DNA from: Pelomyxa schiedti
Lineage: Eukaryota > Protista > Evosea
Direction of reading: 5' to 3'
Length of the DNA: 64,000 nucleotides
NCBI GenBank assembly: GCA_020536535.1
Contig: JAHLWZ010000803.1
Span: 1 to 64,000, forward strand
Shown here: piece after piece, positions 1 to 12,587 of the stretch
Numbering within the stretch: position 1 is the stretch's first letter
Layout: every line of letters starts with the position of its first letter
Translations under genes and position numbers: made by a program
The notes under the pieces: generated by a model
What the model was told of the DNA's origin: nothing
Databases searched by the model: none
The model's input: the letters and a program-made list of their open reading frames with translations, nothing else

Positions 1-28
1 TATCGTTTGAATAATTAATTGGGTGGCG

Positions 29-2062
29 ATGCACTACGGTGCGGTGAGTGCGTGGACGGTCCCAAATCTCGTGGGGAGCATAAACGCGAGATGGTGCGGG
101 GGTGCGGGTGTTCGTGCTTTGTCGGTCATTGGCTGCCCATCTCCGGCTCATACGACTCGCGATATAGAGCGGAGCAAGATCTGCGCAAATGTGGGGGGCT
201 TTGTTGGGGCCTCGGCTGCTTCTGGAATAATGTCGCGTTGCGTTTGCAGTTTCGCTGTCGCTACGTCGCTGCTGTCGTCCAGCGACGCCGCGAGGAAGCG
301 CGCCGCTGAGATGTCACTGTTTAGGAGCGTGAGACTGGCGTCTTCTACATCGAAGAAATCCGCGAAGGGCATGTACTATTTTGCTTGAGTGGCAAAATTC
401 CAACACGTTCACAGCCAGGCGGGAATTGTATGAGCTGCTGGGTGTTCCTAGATCTGCCACTAAAGATGTAATAAAAAAGGCATACTACGAGGTAACCTGT
501 CCTATATCGTAGGCCCTGTGATAATTAATTTCCTAGCTTGCTCGGAAATATCATCCAGATGCAAATCCTGACAATGAAGAGGCTCAGTTGATGTTCACTG
601 AGGCGGCACACGCATATGAGGTCATTTCTTTCATGCCCTCATGGCCATTTTGATTAATTTAGAATCTATAGATACTGTCTGATGACAAAAAGAGAGCAAT
701 ATACGATCAAGTGGGAATTGCAATGTTCAACAAAGGAACTTGTGTGCAATTCCTTTGTTTTCTTGCTCTATTCTTTATTCTGACTCCATGAAATAAGCTT
801 CCAGTTCGGAAGTAGATTCTGCAGCGATTGGAGGAATTGATCCACATGCAATGTACGAAAACATTATGAGAGAGTTTATTGGTGGAATGGGAGTAGAGCC
901 AACTGTACAGTAGCACAGAGTTGTTTAAGACCTCTCACTTTCAAAAAAAAGATTTTTAGTTCACGGGACCTGATTGGGACAACTTTCATTGAAGACCTGT
1001 CCCATGGAAAGTTAGAAGTGGGTCCAAATATAGACGTGTGCTTCTCTTTCAGATGAACTCTTTATTGAACTGCCAAAGAATCCCATCCACCAAATAGGTT
1101 TTCGTGGATATAAACTTCAAGGAACTTCTAGCAGGAACGAAAAAAGAAGTCAGCTACCACAGTAGTTGCATTGTATGTTACAACTGCATCCCTTTCACTC
1201 ACTGTCCCAGTGTCCAGAATGCCACGGGTCCAAGTCACAGCCAGGTTTTTCTCCTACTACCTGTACGTCATGTAAAGGTACTGGTAGGGTATGTGCCTCA
1301 ACTCTTGGCACCCAAACTCACTTTCAAAAAGCTTCAATCTAAGAAGGGGCCCATGATGTTTACTGCACGGTGCAAAGATTGTTCAGGAATGGGCAAACAA
1401 ATCAAGAATTTATGCCAAACCTGCATTGGGAAGGGTGTAGCAAAAATACAACAAAAAGTACCCGTTCGAATCCCTGCTGGTATCCCACTGTACTTTGATT
1501 CCCTATTAATTTTTCTAGGTATTGAGGACGACGCTGTGATATGTCTTACAGGCCATGGTGAACAACTTTCAATTTCCTCTAGACCTGGTGACTTACTCGT
1601 TCACATACGGGTTTACTGTTCGATTGAAATCAGTCCGTACTTACCAATTTATAGGTACATAATGATACAATTTTCAAACGAGAAGGGGCGAATTTGCATG
1701 TTGATGTTGAGATGCCCCTTTACAAAGCAGTACTTGGTGGAGATGTAAGTGTACCACTCCCCACGGACAAACAGGAAACTGTCAAGGTTCTTTTTCTTAT
1801 AGATTGGGTATATTTCTGACCTTTTTCTACAGGTAGCACCAGGCACACAATTTGGGAGCACCTCCACGCTCTATGGTTATGGTCTTCCCAAAAAGCACAT
1901 TGCGTCAGGCAATCTGGTCATCCACTGGAAGATATCAATCCCGCGGTATCACAAATCACCAGTCACTCTTTCTTCTGACTCATGCACAGACGGTTGCCCG
2001 AGAAAGCAAACAAGCTCATGGCAGAGTTCGGCCAATTCGAAGAGCAAGCCAAAACCCCATAG
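29..2062 (+). CDS. dnaJ: Type I DnaJ/Hsp40 co-chaperone (multi-exon), possibly organelle-targeted
   Basis: Spliced J-domain reads [36 protein letters not shown] (HPD intact). Four zinc-finger repeats follow ([31 protein letters not shown]), then C-terminal domain [12 protein letters not shown]...GDLLVHIRV. Stop TAG 2060-2062. Start uncertain (ATG 29 or 311); the N-terminal extension is rich in Ser/Arg/Ala. Confidence 0.92.
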
Positions 2063-2126
2063 CCAAAAACACCCAATCAAAAGACGAAACAACCCTTTCC
2101 AGAAAAACTTTTCGCCTACAATCACA

Positions 2127-3300
2127 ATGAGCACCTGCACGCCGCCGCCACAATCACAAGTAACACCAAACGTAGACGCAGTTGCACCACCGCCCCCTGC
2201 CCCGGCACCACCCCCTCTACTTCCGACGAAAAAGGGCAAAGGCAAAATTCCACGTGGGGCGAGTGAAATTCTACCGGGGTTCCTTTGGTTGGGCAGTGTG
2301 TTTGATGCCCAAGATGTCTCGGCTCTGCAGTCTCTGGGGATAAAGTACACACTCGACAACTCGAAATCAAATCACCGCCAAATCCCACGCACCAATCGAA
2401 ATTCATTGCTTCGTTGGGGTGCTTGTGTTGGGGGAAGCCATTGTGAATGGGGAGAATGTTTCTGATTTTTGCCACTCAGTTTTGTGCTGGACTTGGCTTC
2501 GGAGTGGCCTCCCATGACTGAACCGGATTCTATTACATACAAGCACCTGCCTGTGGTGGACAAGGTGCACAGCGATATATCCGCTTACTTTGGAGAAGCA
2601 AATGCCTTCATAGGTGCTTGTGCCTGTTCGTGGAAGATTCCATGTCTAACACTGCATTTTTGGATAGATAAAGTCAAGGCTTGTGGAGGCAAAATTCTTG
2701 TGAATTGTGTGATGGGTAAAAGTAGGAGCGCAACTGTGGTCCTACAGTACCTTATGACTCATAATTCAATGACCTTCTCCCAGGCTCTCAGTCACGTAAA
2801 GGTATCTTCCTAATTTAACATTTTTTCCTTGCTGATACCACTTTCTTGTGGCAGGCGGTACGTGAAATTTCTCCCAACTGTGGATTTATGTATCAGCTTG
2901 GTCTGCTCGAAGTGGTATTTCCTTTCCCAAGATCCCATCCTTAAAACAACTGGAATAATCTTACCTTTTTGTAGACGTTATATGGCGCGCAGACAGTGGC
3001 TACAACAGCACCACCACCTGTGGTTCCAAAGAAAGTATGCAAGCACAGGTGTGCTGTGGGGTGGGTTTTTTCCCCAGTTTTTTAACTAGCTGTTTCATAC
3101 ATTAGCGAAACCAACAAGTAATAAACGAGGCAACTGCCGCTGCACAAGTACTTATAACCGAGCAAGTTCTGAGGCAAGCTGTAAGTGAAGCTTGTTCTGG
3201 CCAGTTCCTCAAGTCTCCTTTTCCAGCTAGCCTTTTTCCTCACTCCTATTACCAGAAAAAGCATTCAGTGTCTTGTGACATGGATAATTTCATTTTGTGA
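2127..3300 (+). CDS. Dual-specificity protein phosphatase (atypical DUSP-like)
   Basis: Motifs ASEILPGFLWLGS, YKHLPVVDKVHSDISAYF, catalytic loop ILVNCVMGKSRSATVVLQYLM and AVREISPNCGFMYQL, with a Pro-rich N-terminus. The 3' end is approximate. Confidence 0.88.
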
Positions 3301-3442
3301 CCATGCCGATGTGAGTCCCACAGTTGATAAAAAGGAACTCGCACATCAAGCAAAAACCATTGCTGTTTCGTGGTACATGAAGCACATAGAATAGAAATTT
3401 CACCAAGCAACAGCCCAAAATACAGTTTTTTTTTTTTTGCAA

Positions 3443-5383
3443 TCAAAGAGGGTCTGCCGATACTTCGATTTCACTGAGGAATGTCCATTGGGTGTTCTCC
3501 AAATCCAGTCTCACAAGTAGGTTTGGAGAACCCGGCTGTTGTGGGGCTATTCCCAGAGGCAGGTCATTGTTCCCCAACACATACTCACTGACAACTGAAA
3601 CAGCAGTTACACTTAGCGGGGTCTTGTATTTGCCAATGGTTTGCCAGGTTGTTCCAGAGTCACGGCTTGTGGTGATGGTGAGTGCACTGGGGAAGTTTAT
3701 GGCTTCTGGGGGGCTGCCTTGAAGGTGGACGGATACCCAGTCAACATTTGAGGATGGGTTGATGGTGAGGATCACTGACGCGGTTCCTAACACCCCAACC
3801 CAATTTTCTGAAGTATAGTCGACAGGGTCACCTATCCACCCGTCATTCAATTTATTCAGGTATGAATCAGGGTATTCTGACGCCGGTGGAGTTACATATG
3901 TGTAGGTGTAAGACACACGACCGTAACCTTCTGCTATTGAAAACCTTGTGAAATTATATGTTAGGGTAACCTAAAGGAAAGTATAGCCTGCCATGACTTA
4001 TATGTATGAAGCATTCTTAGTGCCTCAGGCTGCAGTGAATCACTGACGGTGCCAAAGTGTAGCTGCTGAATCCAAGTAAGCATTATGGGCACATAGCTAT
4101 AAATATTAGTCTGAGGAAGAATAAGGCTGGTTTACATTTCTGACTGCTTCAGTTGCAACTCAAATCTGGATAACGAACATGAATGGTAACCACCTCCCTC
4201 CAAATTTTCACCCCAATTGAAAGCTTCATTGTCGGACCAAAAAATGGGGAGGACACTGCTGAGGGCAGAAAAATAATCAGAAAGGGTGTAGTCGGTTCTG
4301 TTGAAAACCTACACAAGGAATTAAAAAGGGGAACAGAAGCTAGTACACAAACATTGATAGCATCGGCCCCCACACTGTCTTGCCATATCTGAACGTCAAT
4401 CCCAGTACCATCGGCAAATTCTTTTGCACGACGGGCCACGACATCTGGTGTTACATTATAGGTCCTGGCCCCTGATAAATAAGGGGAAACTGTCACAGGT
4501 AATGGTGAAAATTCGTGGATTGTTTCCACAAGACCACTATAGTAGGAAAAAGTGAGTGCCACATCTGTCCACAGTGGAATGGCTGCTTCATCAGGAATAT
4601 CTTTCCCCAAATGTAAGTGGTAACAATCTGGGAAGAAGCCATACACCAGCCAGCCAAAGCAGGGTGGTTGAGTAAAGTAGAACTGAATTGACTAAGCAAC
4701 CACTCAGTATCTGGAAAAGCAAGGTAAATGTACTGAAAAAACCGAAAAACCAGAGCACCTGCAGTTGTATAACTTTTCTGAAGTCCAGTGTAAAAATCCC
4801 AGCAAGGTCCTGAGCCACTCAATCCCAAATCTATCTTTCTTTACTACTCATAAATTGTCTGTTTACTACTCAACAGACATCCAATATTGATAATTTAAAC
4901 TATGTATGCTTCCATTACGTTCTATCTTGTATTACGAACATCGTGTGAGATAGAATCACTAGCGTTATTAGTTCTATCTTGAATGTAGTGTCATCAGCCA
5001 ATGTACTTGCATGCCCAAAACAAAAAACCCCCAAAAAAGTGGCACTCACACACAGATACGCCTGTGCGCTGGGCGTTGTCCAGCAGCGACGTGACCCACC
5101 CTTCCCAGTCCCAGTCCGAGTATCCCACAATCCACTCAAAGTCGTCCGACGGGCACGTGGCGTCGGACGAGACGCCGCGCAGCTGCTGCACCACCGCGAT
5201 GTTCATTCCCAGCGACGAGATCTCGTCCATGAACGACGCCAGATCTCCGTCTTCCAGCGACAGCCCCGGTGCCCACACAAAAGTGCCGTCAAGTCGCCGT
5301 GTCGCATCGCCCAGGTCAACAAACCAAGCCAGCACAATTACCGCAGATGCAACGGCAAACGGAACAACAGACACCCCCCGCAT
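3443..5383 (-). CDS. Secreted DUF4434-like putative glycoside hydrolase with C-terminal discoidin/CBM32-like domain
   Basis: Hydrophobic signal peptide, then GTFVWAPG...ISSLGMNIAVVQQ...LLDNAQRTGVSV|YLGL...NHPALAGW|YIPDE...PVTVSPY...GIDVQIWQDSVG, matching my recollection of the DUF4434 pattern. The C-terminal beta-sandwich runs KLNDG...WVG...WTFLSEIEV. All junctions used are GT-AG; first intron 4831-5049. Confidence 0.7.
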
Positions 5384-5686
5384 CAGTAGATCCAACACAC
5401 AACGAATCGTTCCAGTATTTTTTTTGATTTTCTGAGGTTTCCCCCCTTTCAATCTCACAGTTGAGTGACATGCTCAGTTCAGATTTCCACGAAGGGCAGT
5501 AAAAGCGGTACAGAGCAACGAAAGAAAAAAAAAATTAGCAGAGGGATTACCAACTCACCTCCTTTCTAACACCAAGGAAACCATCTCAATCACACCCACT
5601 CCTAGACCACCCCTCCCCATTCGCCCCCCCAATTTATATAGTTTGTTGTTAGTTGGTTGGTTCTTTTTGAATCACTGCACACTGGC

Positions 5687-8600
5687 ATGTACTCAGCCAT
5701 CGACTGCATCCTTCCGCCGCCTCTCACGATTAGCGACGAGCAGGGGCCAATCAGCAGCTCCTCGGAGGGCCCCTGCGACGCCGAGCCCGAGCCACAACGG
5801 CCATCGTCATCACAGCAGCAACGTGTGCACACCCACTTGCACCGAAACACTGGCGATGGCGAGCCAAAACTCGATGTCGAGACCATCACTAGCAATCTGT
5901 TGGCTCTGCCTACTTCCTCTGGTGTATGTGCCTTTTTTTTGTTGTTGTTGTTGTTGTTGTTTGTGATACATGTAGATTTATCTCAAAAATATATATATAG
6001 CATCACAGGACATTATCGGCTGGTGCAGAAACCGGTATGATTCCATAATTTAGAGGAGCATGTGGTCACTCAATGTTAACCAACAACACCCAAAAAAAAA
6101 AACAAAGCTGAGTCGAAGGACCTCTTACTGAAGAATTTGCGTGAAAGGCGGGAGGCTCGTGCAAAGGCTCTTGCTGACAAGAAAGCGCGTAACAAAGCTG
6201 AAGCGCACTTAAGACGCGCCGCGGAAGAAGAACTTGCACGGCAGCAGCAATTGAAACTGGAGCAAGAAGAAGCCGAAATGAGACGAAAGCAGGAAGAAGA
6301 AAAGGAAAGAATTGCAGCAGAGAAAAAGAGACAGGAAGAAGAAGTGGAGAACGCAAAACGAACGAGAGATGAACTGCTAAAAAAAGAGGAGCAAGAACGT
6401 TTGGCTCGAGCAGAGCAAGAGAAACAAGCAATAATGATGGCAACAACAAAAATCTGGAAGGAAGAGCACAAGAAGCAGAAAGAAATTTTACTGAAGCGGG
6501 AAGGCAAAACCGACCTGCGGGCGAGTGGTGACGGCAATGCAGAGACAGGTCAAACTGCAACTGAGGACAAAGCACTGAGTCCTAGGGACAGCCCAAATCT
6601 CACAGCTGGCACTCCATCCATGACCCCTGATGGGTCATTGAGAATGCGAAATCCCGCACATGCGGGAAGATCTGCCTCTTTATCTCCACGAGGCCCCCCT
6701 CACAATACAGTTTTTGCCACCCTTTCACCAGGTGTTTTTAGCACAACCACAAACACTTCCAGTACAGTTACCATTCCTTCTGCTCGGGCAGAACCTCCAA
6801 ACGGTATTGTAGTACCAACAGCTGATGTAGATATTCCTCCTCCAATAGATGTACCGGTTTCTCCCGTTGAAATCCCTGTTCCTCCAGTAGATGTTCCTCC
6901 ACCCTCCATTCCCCCGCCAATAGACGTGCCTCCGCCAGTACCTTCCATCGATGTACCTCCACCGTTACCAGCCCCTTCGATAGATGTGCCTCCCCCATTA
7001 CCGGCCGTAGATGTTCCACCACCGTCACCTTGTGTGGATGTTCCACCGCCCCCTTCCGTAGATGTTCCTCCACCTAAGCATTACATCGATGTGCCTCCAC
7101 CTCAGTGTTCCCACATCGATGTTCCTCCCCCAAATGTAGTGACTCCCCCGGGTTTCCCTAAGTCAGCTCCTTCTTCACCTGTCACCAGTCCGCCAGTGTC
7201 GCCTCCCCTTACACTAAGTTCCACACCCAGAAAGATTCCTACTCCCCCTTCAGTGAAACTCCATTCACGTTCGCCACCTTCTTCCCCAACACTTGATCTC
7301 CAGGCTGGGAGAATTCCTATTCCCTCTTATGTACCTGAATCTGAGGTCCAGGACAAATTTCCTAATTCAGTACCCATTTCGTCACTGTCAATCCATATTA
7401 CTATGCAAAGGCCACGTTCACTGTCACCCTCTACTGTTCCCTCTTCACTCCGAGTCACTCCACCTATCCTCCCCGAAGCAATTCCTCCACCGTCTTCTGA
7501 AACAGCTCTTGTTGACACTTGCCCTATTCCACCTCCACCGGTTCCACCACCTCCACTAGTGCCTCCAGATGAAATTAGTATTGCAATCCCTCCCCCAGAA
7601 CAACTTACACCTGTTATCATTCCTCCTCCCCCTCTTGATGTACTATCCTCCCCAGCTGTATCTCATACTATTCCTCCAGAATCAACCATTTCACCTCCCC
7701 AACTTGATATCCCTCCGCCTCTCCAGCCAGCAATTCCCGAAATTTCAGCATCATTATTGATTTCAAAGAATCTATCCTTGTCATGCAGCGCCTCAGAGAC
7801 TATACGAAGGAGGTCTCGGTCTGCTGCTTCTAATATTACACCACAAAAGGGAACAGGCTCACAACTTGACAAAACAAAGACTCCACCTGATGTTAGGGTG
7901 CATAAACATCACGTAAAAGGGCTGTCAGGAAGCCTTCGATTGGATGAAGATAAAAATGTGGAGAACAAGCCAGAAACTCCTCCTGTAACAACCAAGAGCC
8001 ACATGGTTGATGTATCTCCTAGATACAGACAAGATACCGACCTCAAGGGTAGTTTGGCCAGTTCTGAAGTGATTCAAGTTCAGAACTTACTGGCCGTGCC
8101 TGATTCAGGTGAGAGAGTACACAGGCACTCCAGTGACCATTCAGGTCACAGGTCAAGGTCAACATCAGCCTCAACCCTTCCGCTCAAATCCTGTAAGGAT
8201 GCCCTCCCGTCCCCTTCACCTGTAAGCAAAAGCAGTGACCCTGCTCAACCTGACGCAAGTCAACTACTCAGAGGCCGCCGCCATGGTAAAAGTAATGCTA
8301 CTGACACTATCACTCTCATTCCTCCGCTCGCTTTGAATCCCGACTCTCCTCGAAGTATCTTTATTTCCTTTCCCCAACGTTGCACTAACCTGTTCCATAA
8401 CATGAAAAGCACCACCTCCCCTTTCTCCAACAGCGTCACTTTCCCCAAGGAAGCACAGACACCACAGAGACAGGAACTCAATGCCCCCATATCAGCTTGG
8501 TATCCATACCCCTCCTGTTGTCTTACACTAACTTACCTGCTAGAGGCCTTACTCGCTTCCGGCATGGATTATAAGGAATTAGGTAGTTAATCCCACGGTT

Positions 8601-8855
8601 ATTCTGAGACATACAATACACTTAACCAGAATAGAATCCCCAAATAGCCACAGCAAAGGAAGCCACAAGCATCACCACGACGAAGACCCCGCATCAGGCA
8701 CGCCAGGTACTTTGTTCCCGGTAATGTTCCTAACACTTTTCACAGAACAAGGCATTAAAAAACACCATCACAAGGACTCGGACGACTCATATTTTGGTTC
8801 TGGACCTCAATTCAATGGTATTCCAATTTTCTGTTCTATGCCCTCCAACACATAA
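5687..8855 (+). CDS. Hypothetical coiled-coil plus proline-rich scaffold protein
   Basis: An 817-codon open exon (6137-8590) has an E/K/R-rich coiled coil followed by a long Pro/Ser region. Short upstream and downstream exons join by GT-AG introns. No catalytic domain recognised; ends approximate. Confidence 0.7.
6827..7132 (+). repeat. Coding repeat array, about 10 copies of [VI]D[VI]PPP
   Basis: Translation reads VDIPPP...VDVPPP..IDVPPP..IDVPPP..IDVPPP..VDVPPP..VDVPPP..VDVPPP..IDVPPP..IDVPPP; the DNA unit is GATGT(T/G/A)CC(T/A)CC. Confidence 0.9.
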
Positions 8856-8887
8856 AAAGAGAGCCAGGATACGAGGCAAACCAAAGA

Positions 8888-10418
8888 CTAGGCACAACAA
8901 ACCAAGTCACGTAATTGTAGAAACATAACCCAAGTACAAATATGTTGTAAATCCATACGAAATGAAACTAAATGGCTTTTATTTTTTTTATCTTGAGTGG
9001 GCAAGGAAAGTCTTTGTTCCATATCTTCATTTCTAGTTAGACAAGGCAGAGACAAAAGCAAACTAACCTGACTATTAAGTCGTGGGTAAGCATCATGACG
9101 GCAGCATTTGGCACAACACGCAACAAATGTGGTGCTATGCCTGCATAAAGTCCACGCACCCCCTCTTCTGCAGTGTGCCAAGGTTGTTTATGCACAAGTC
9201 AGAGGTGTGGGGGTAAATAAAAAGGTACCTGAATGAATCCAGTATACCTACTGTCACCTGATCGAAGGCGCGTTCGTAAAACCTATTGAAGTATGAGTTG
9301 TAGAAACGGAAGAAGGGAAACAAACTTCATGAGGGTAGGTAACAGCAGATGCAACTAACTTCGAGAAACTTGCCATGGCAAAAGTTTCTAGTGCTGTTGG
9401 TTCTTTGGGCTTGACTAGAACACCGCTCTGTGTTGTTCCTGGCTTGTTATAGGCTACTATTTGATTAATGGGATGTTTACAGGGGCATCTATGTACCTGC
9501 TGCAATCTGTAGTGCTTCTTTTCTACGCTTTTCCTGAAGAGAAACTTTCAATTGCTCAAAGAGGACAAACTGAATAGCATTTTCAGAAATTCCTGAAGTT
9601 TTTCTTACTTTTAAGAAAGGAAAGAAAATGCTTGAACCAACCGAGGTAAGACAGTAAAAGACCTCCAAATAGACCCCTCATTCCTTCAGTGTTGTAAATT
9701 TCCCTCATTACAGTAAAGGTACCAGCAGGCTAGAATTGTCACTAAAAGAGGGAAAGAAATGGTGTTTACTTTTTTGTCCTTAGAGTTGCCCAAAATCATG
9801 CGAGTCTTCACCACCCATACCGGACACATGGCTGTTTGTACAACAGCACCTATTTCCAAAAAGTTAGCTTTCCTAGGAAAACTGACTGCAGTAAAATACC
9901 GGCTACCACTGACGAGATAAGATTGGAAAGGGCACTGTTTCGCTTTATTCCTACTTTCGCCAGCTGCTTCTCGGTCACGGAAGAGGAAGCGAAGTACATA
10001 GCACGCATAGGCAACACGCCATACACTGTAGGGCCAAGTCCAGCGAAATAACCTTTTACTCCGTCGGTACGATAGATGTCCCTGTGCAAAATGAATTCGG
10101 TTTTTTCAGTAGCGCAAAACACACCTCAGTGCCGAGGCAGTACGAAGGCCAAACGGTGCTGTGACTTTGGTAGAGGCCTACAGAAGAGACAAATCGATTA
10201 AATAACCAGGTCATAAAATCACTTCTAAACCTGCAACCGCGTCTTGGCCACATCAATGGGTGCAGTAACCACAGCACCAACAACACCCCCAATCCTGTGT
10301 AAATGTGAGCCGTAGATCTACCACCGGAAATGCGCCACGCACACCCCCCAGCAATAAAGTGCAAGAAATAAAGAGCCTTGCTCTCTTTTTCTTTGTTCTG
10401 CGTGCTGTTGACTGACAT
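8888..10418 (-). CDS. Mitochondrial carrier family (SLC25) protein, Rim2/SLC25A33-36-like
   Basis: Three carrier signature repeats (TAPIDVAKTRLQV; WVVKTRMIL; TYPHEV...R), plus DGVKGYFAGLGPTVYGVLPMRAMYF and GVRGLYAGIAPHLLRVVPNAAVMMLT. The subfamily call is from motif resemblance. Confidence 0.88.
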
Positions 10419-10597
10419 CAGTTCCCGGACGAGATGACAAGCACAAGAGGGATCAAAAAAAAAAAGAAAGAAAACAAACTCGTAAGGCACAGCCGAGATC
10501 TCCAGGCGTTATTTGTTGTAAGTGAAGCAGCACTGTTAGGGCCTTTGTTATTGTGAGCAAGACAACCAGACAGCCAGATCTCAACAAGAAAATAACG

Positions 10598-12515
10598 ATG
10601 CAAAACAGCGACTCGGCGCTGTTGCCTCCTCCGCCGGCGGAATCGCCATCCACGAAAGAGCCTGTTGGTTTGCTTCCTACGCCGCATGAGTACCCCGACA
10701 CCGTTGACTCTGCTCGCTACAACAGCAGGCCGCACGAGCACGCAAAGAGGGAGGCGGCGGATTATGGGAGCCGCAGCGAGAGGGACCGCGAGGGAGATGT
10801 CACCAGAGAGCGAGACCTGGAGAGAGCCAGGGAACGAGAAAAAGAGCGCGAAAGAGAATGGGAACGGCAGAGGGAACTGGACAGAAAAGCAGAGAGGCGC
10901 CAGGGGGGTGATTCCGAGAAAGAAAAGGAGAGGCCAGCACCCACCAGGATGGAAGAAGAAACTGCTGCAGTCCATACGAATGACGATGCAAAGGGCTCTT
11001 GGACAAAAGAGGTCCACATACCTGAAAAGAGGAATGACATGCCTTCCCCTCCCAAAAGGCCTAGGGCATCGTCTCGCTCCAGATCACCCCGGAGGTAGTA
11101 ATTAAAACATTAGAGTCCTTGTAACAAAACAAAAGATATTCTGGGGGGCGGGAGCCTGCTGCTCTTTATGTTGCAGGTATATAAGATTCGTTGGTGCCTT
11201 TTTGACCACTTTTAGGTCTTTCAACAGCAACTACAGAGAGTAATATTGCTGAAAAGCTTGAGCGTTATGGCACAGTATGTTCCCGAAGTTTGATGGATGA
11301 TAAAAACTCCTCTAATAGGTTTTGAAAACTAAAATTGTAAGAGATCCGAGAACCCATGAATCCAGGGGGTTTGCATTTGTTACTATGGGTAGTCAAGAAG
11401 AAGCTGAGGAGGTAATCCGTGCATTGAATAGGACAGAATGGGATAGACATCAAGTGGTAGTAGAAAAGGTGTGGAATTACATTACATCTGCAACACATCC
11501 GCCTCCTAATGTTTTGTTGTTATTATCCTGTGTTTTTTTCCTTTGCAGTTTTCCAAATACCCACCCATACCCAGCAACTCAACTCAAACAAAATCAGCCA
11601 CTAACTCAGCAATTTACTACTGCATCTCGATTTCCACAACAATCCTCAACTCATGTCAAATGAGCATCATCAAGTCCCAAGTCAAATATCAAAAATGCAT
11701 AACAACAAAACCTCAAATTATGAAAATTAAGCTAAAAAACAACAAACCCAGTCAACAATACTATCAAACCACCTCAGCAACACTAAAGGACATCATCAAA
11801 TGGAAAATAACAAATTCTTCACTGCATGCAGGCCCTACGTGAACGATCCCGTTCCCCAACACCTGGCCATTACCTTGGACTTGATACCTTTCGCAGGGCA
11901 CCTAGTGACTCACAAAGAAATTGTGTGTCAGAGCTGTTTCTTTCCTTCTCTAATATATCCTAACAGATGGATCTCCACGAACTCTTCCACCCACATACCC
12001 TGCTATGACAAGCATGGGAGCCGGGTACCCATACCCTGGTCCAATCTATGGCTATGTCACCCCACCAGCCTTAAGCGGAGCTGTAGGACCCTATAGTAGC
12101 TATAGGTCCTACTCTGCATATGGATCTGCAATTATAAGCTCGCAGTCACCAAGGTTTGTTCGTTGACCCATGGACTACCTCATGTTTACATTTTTTTAGT
12201 CCACCACGATACAGGCCTAACAGTCCGAGCCCCACACGAGAAAGAGACTATGGAGCAATGTATGACAGGGATAGAGAAAGAGAGAGGGAAAGAGAACGTG
12301 AAAGGGAGCGAGACCGAGAACGTGAGCGAGAAAGGGACAGAGAGCGGGAAAGGGAAAGGGACAGAGAAAGAGACAGGGAACGTGAACGGGACCGAGATAG
12401 GAGTAGAGAATGGGATAAGTTCCACAGAGACATACACCAAGAGAGGGGACACAGCCAAAGTCTAAGTGACCGAGAACGATCCAGAAACAGGGATACGCAC
12501 TCTTCCCGCTATTGA
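10598..12515 (+). CDS. Tra2/SR45a-like RRM splicing regulator with RE/RD/RS-rich regions
   Basis: RRM reads IVRDPRTHESRGFAFVTM...EEAEEVIRALNRTEWDRHQVVVEK. The next exon (from 11832) gives RSRSPTPGHYLG, the Tra2-family linker motif. RE/RD dipeptide tracts lie at both ends. Confidence 0.85.
12259..12420 (+). repeat. Purine-rich coding repeat (RE/RD dipeptides)
   Basis: DRDRERERERERERDRERERERDRERERERDRERDRERERDRDRSRE in ORF 12156-12515. Confidence 0.85.
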
Positions 12516-12587
12516 ATTTACCAAACCAGGACTGTTCTTCCAAATCAATAAAAAAAACACAAAAAACACATGCAATCTTTTTGTTTA

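Noticed and set aside
4831-5049. Apparent frameshift or TGA-TGA in the DUF4434 gene (YIG**), suggesting a pseudogene or UGA recoding
   Set aside because: A single 219-nt GT-AG intron restores GVSV-YLGL in frame.
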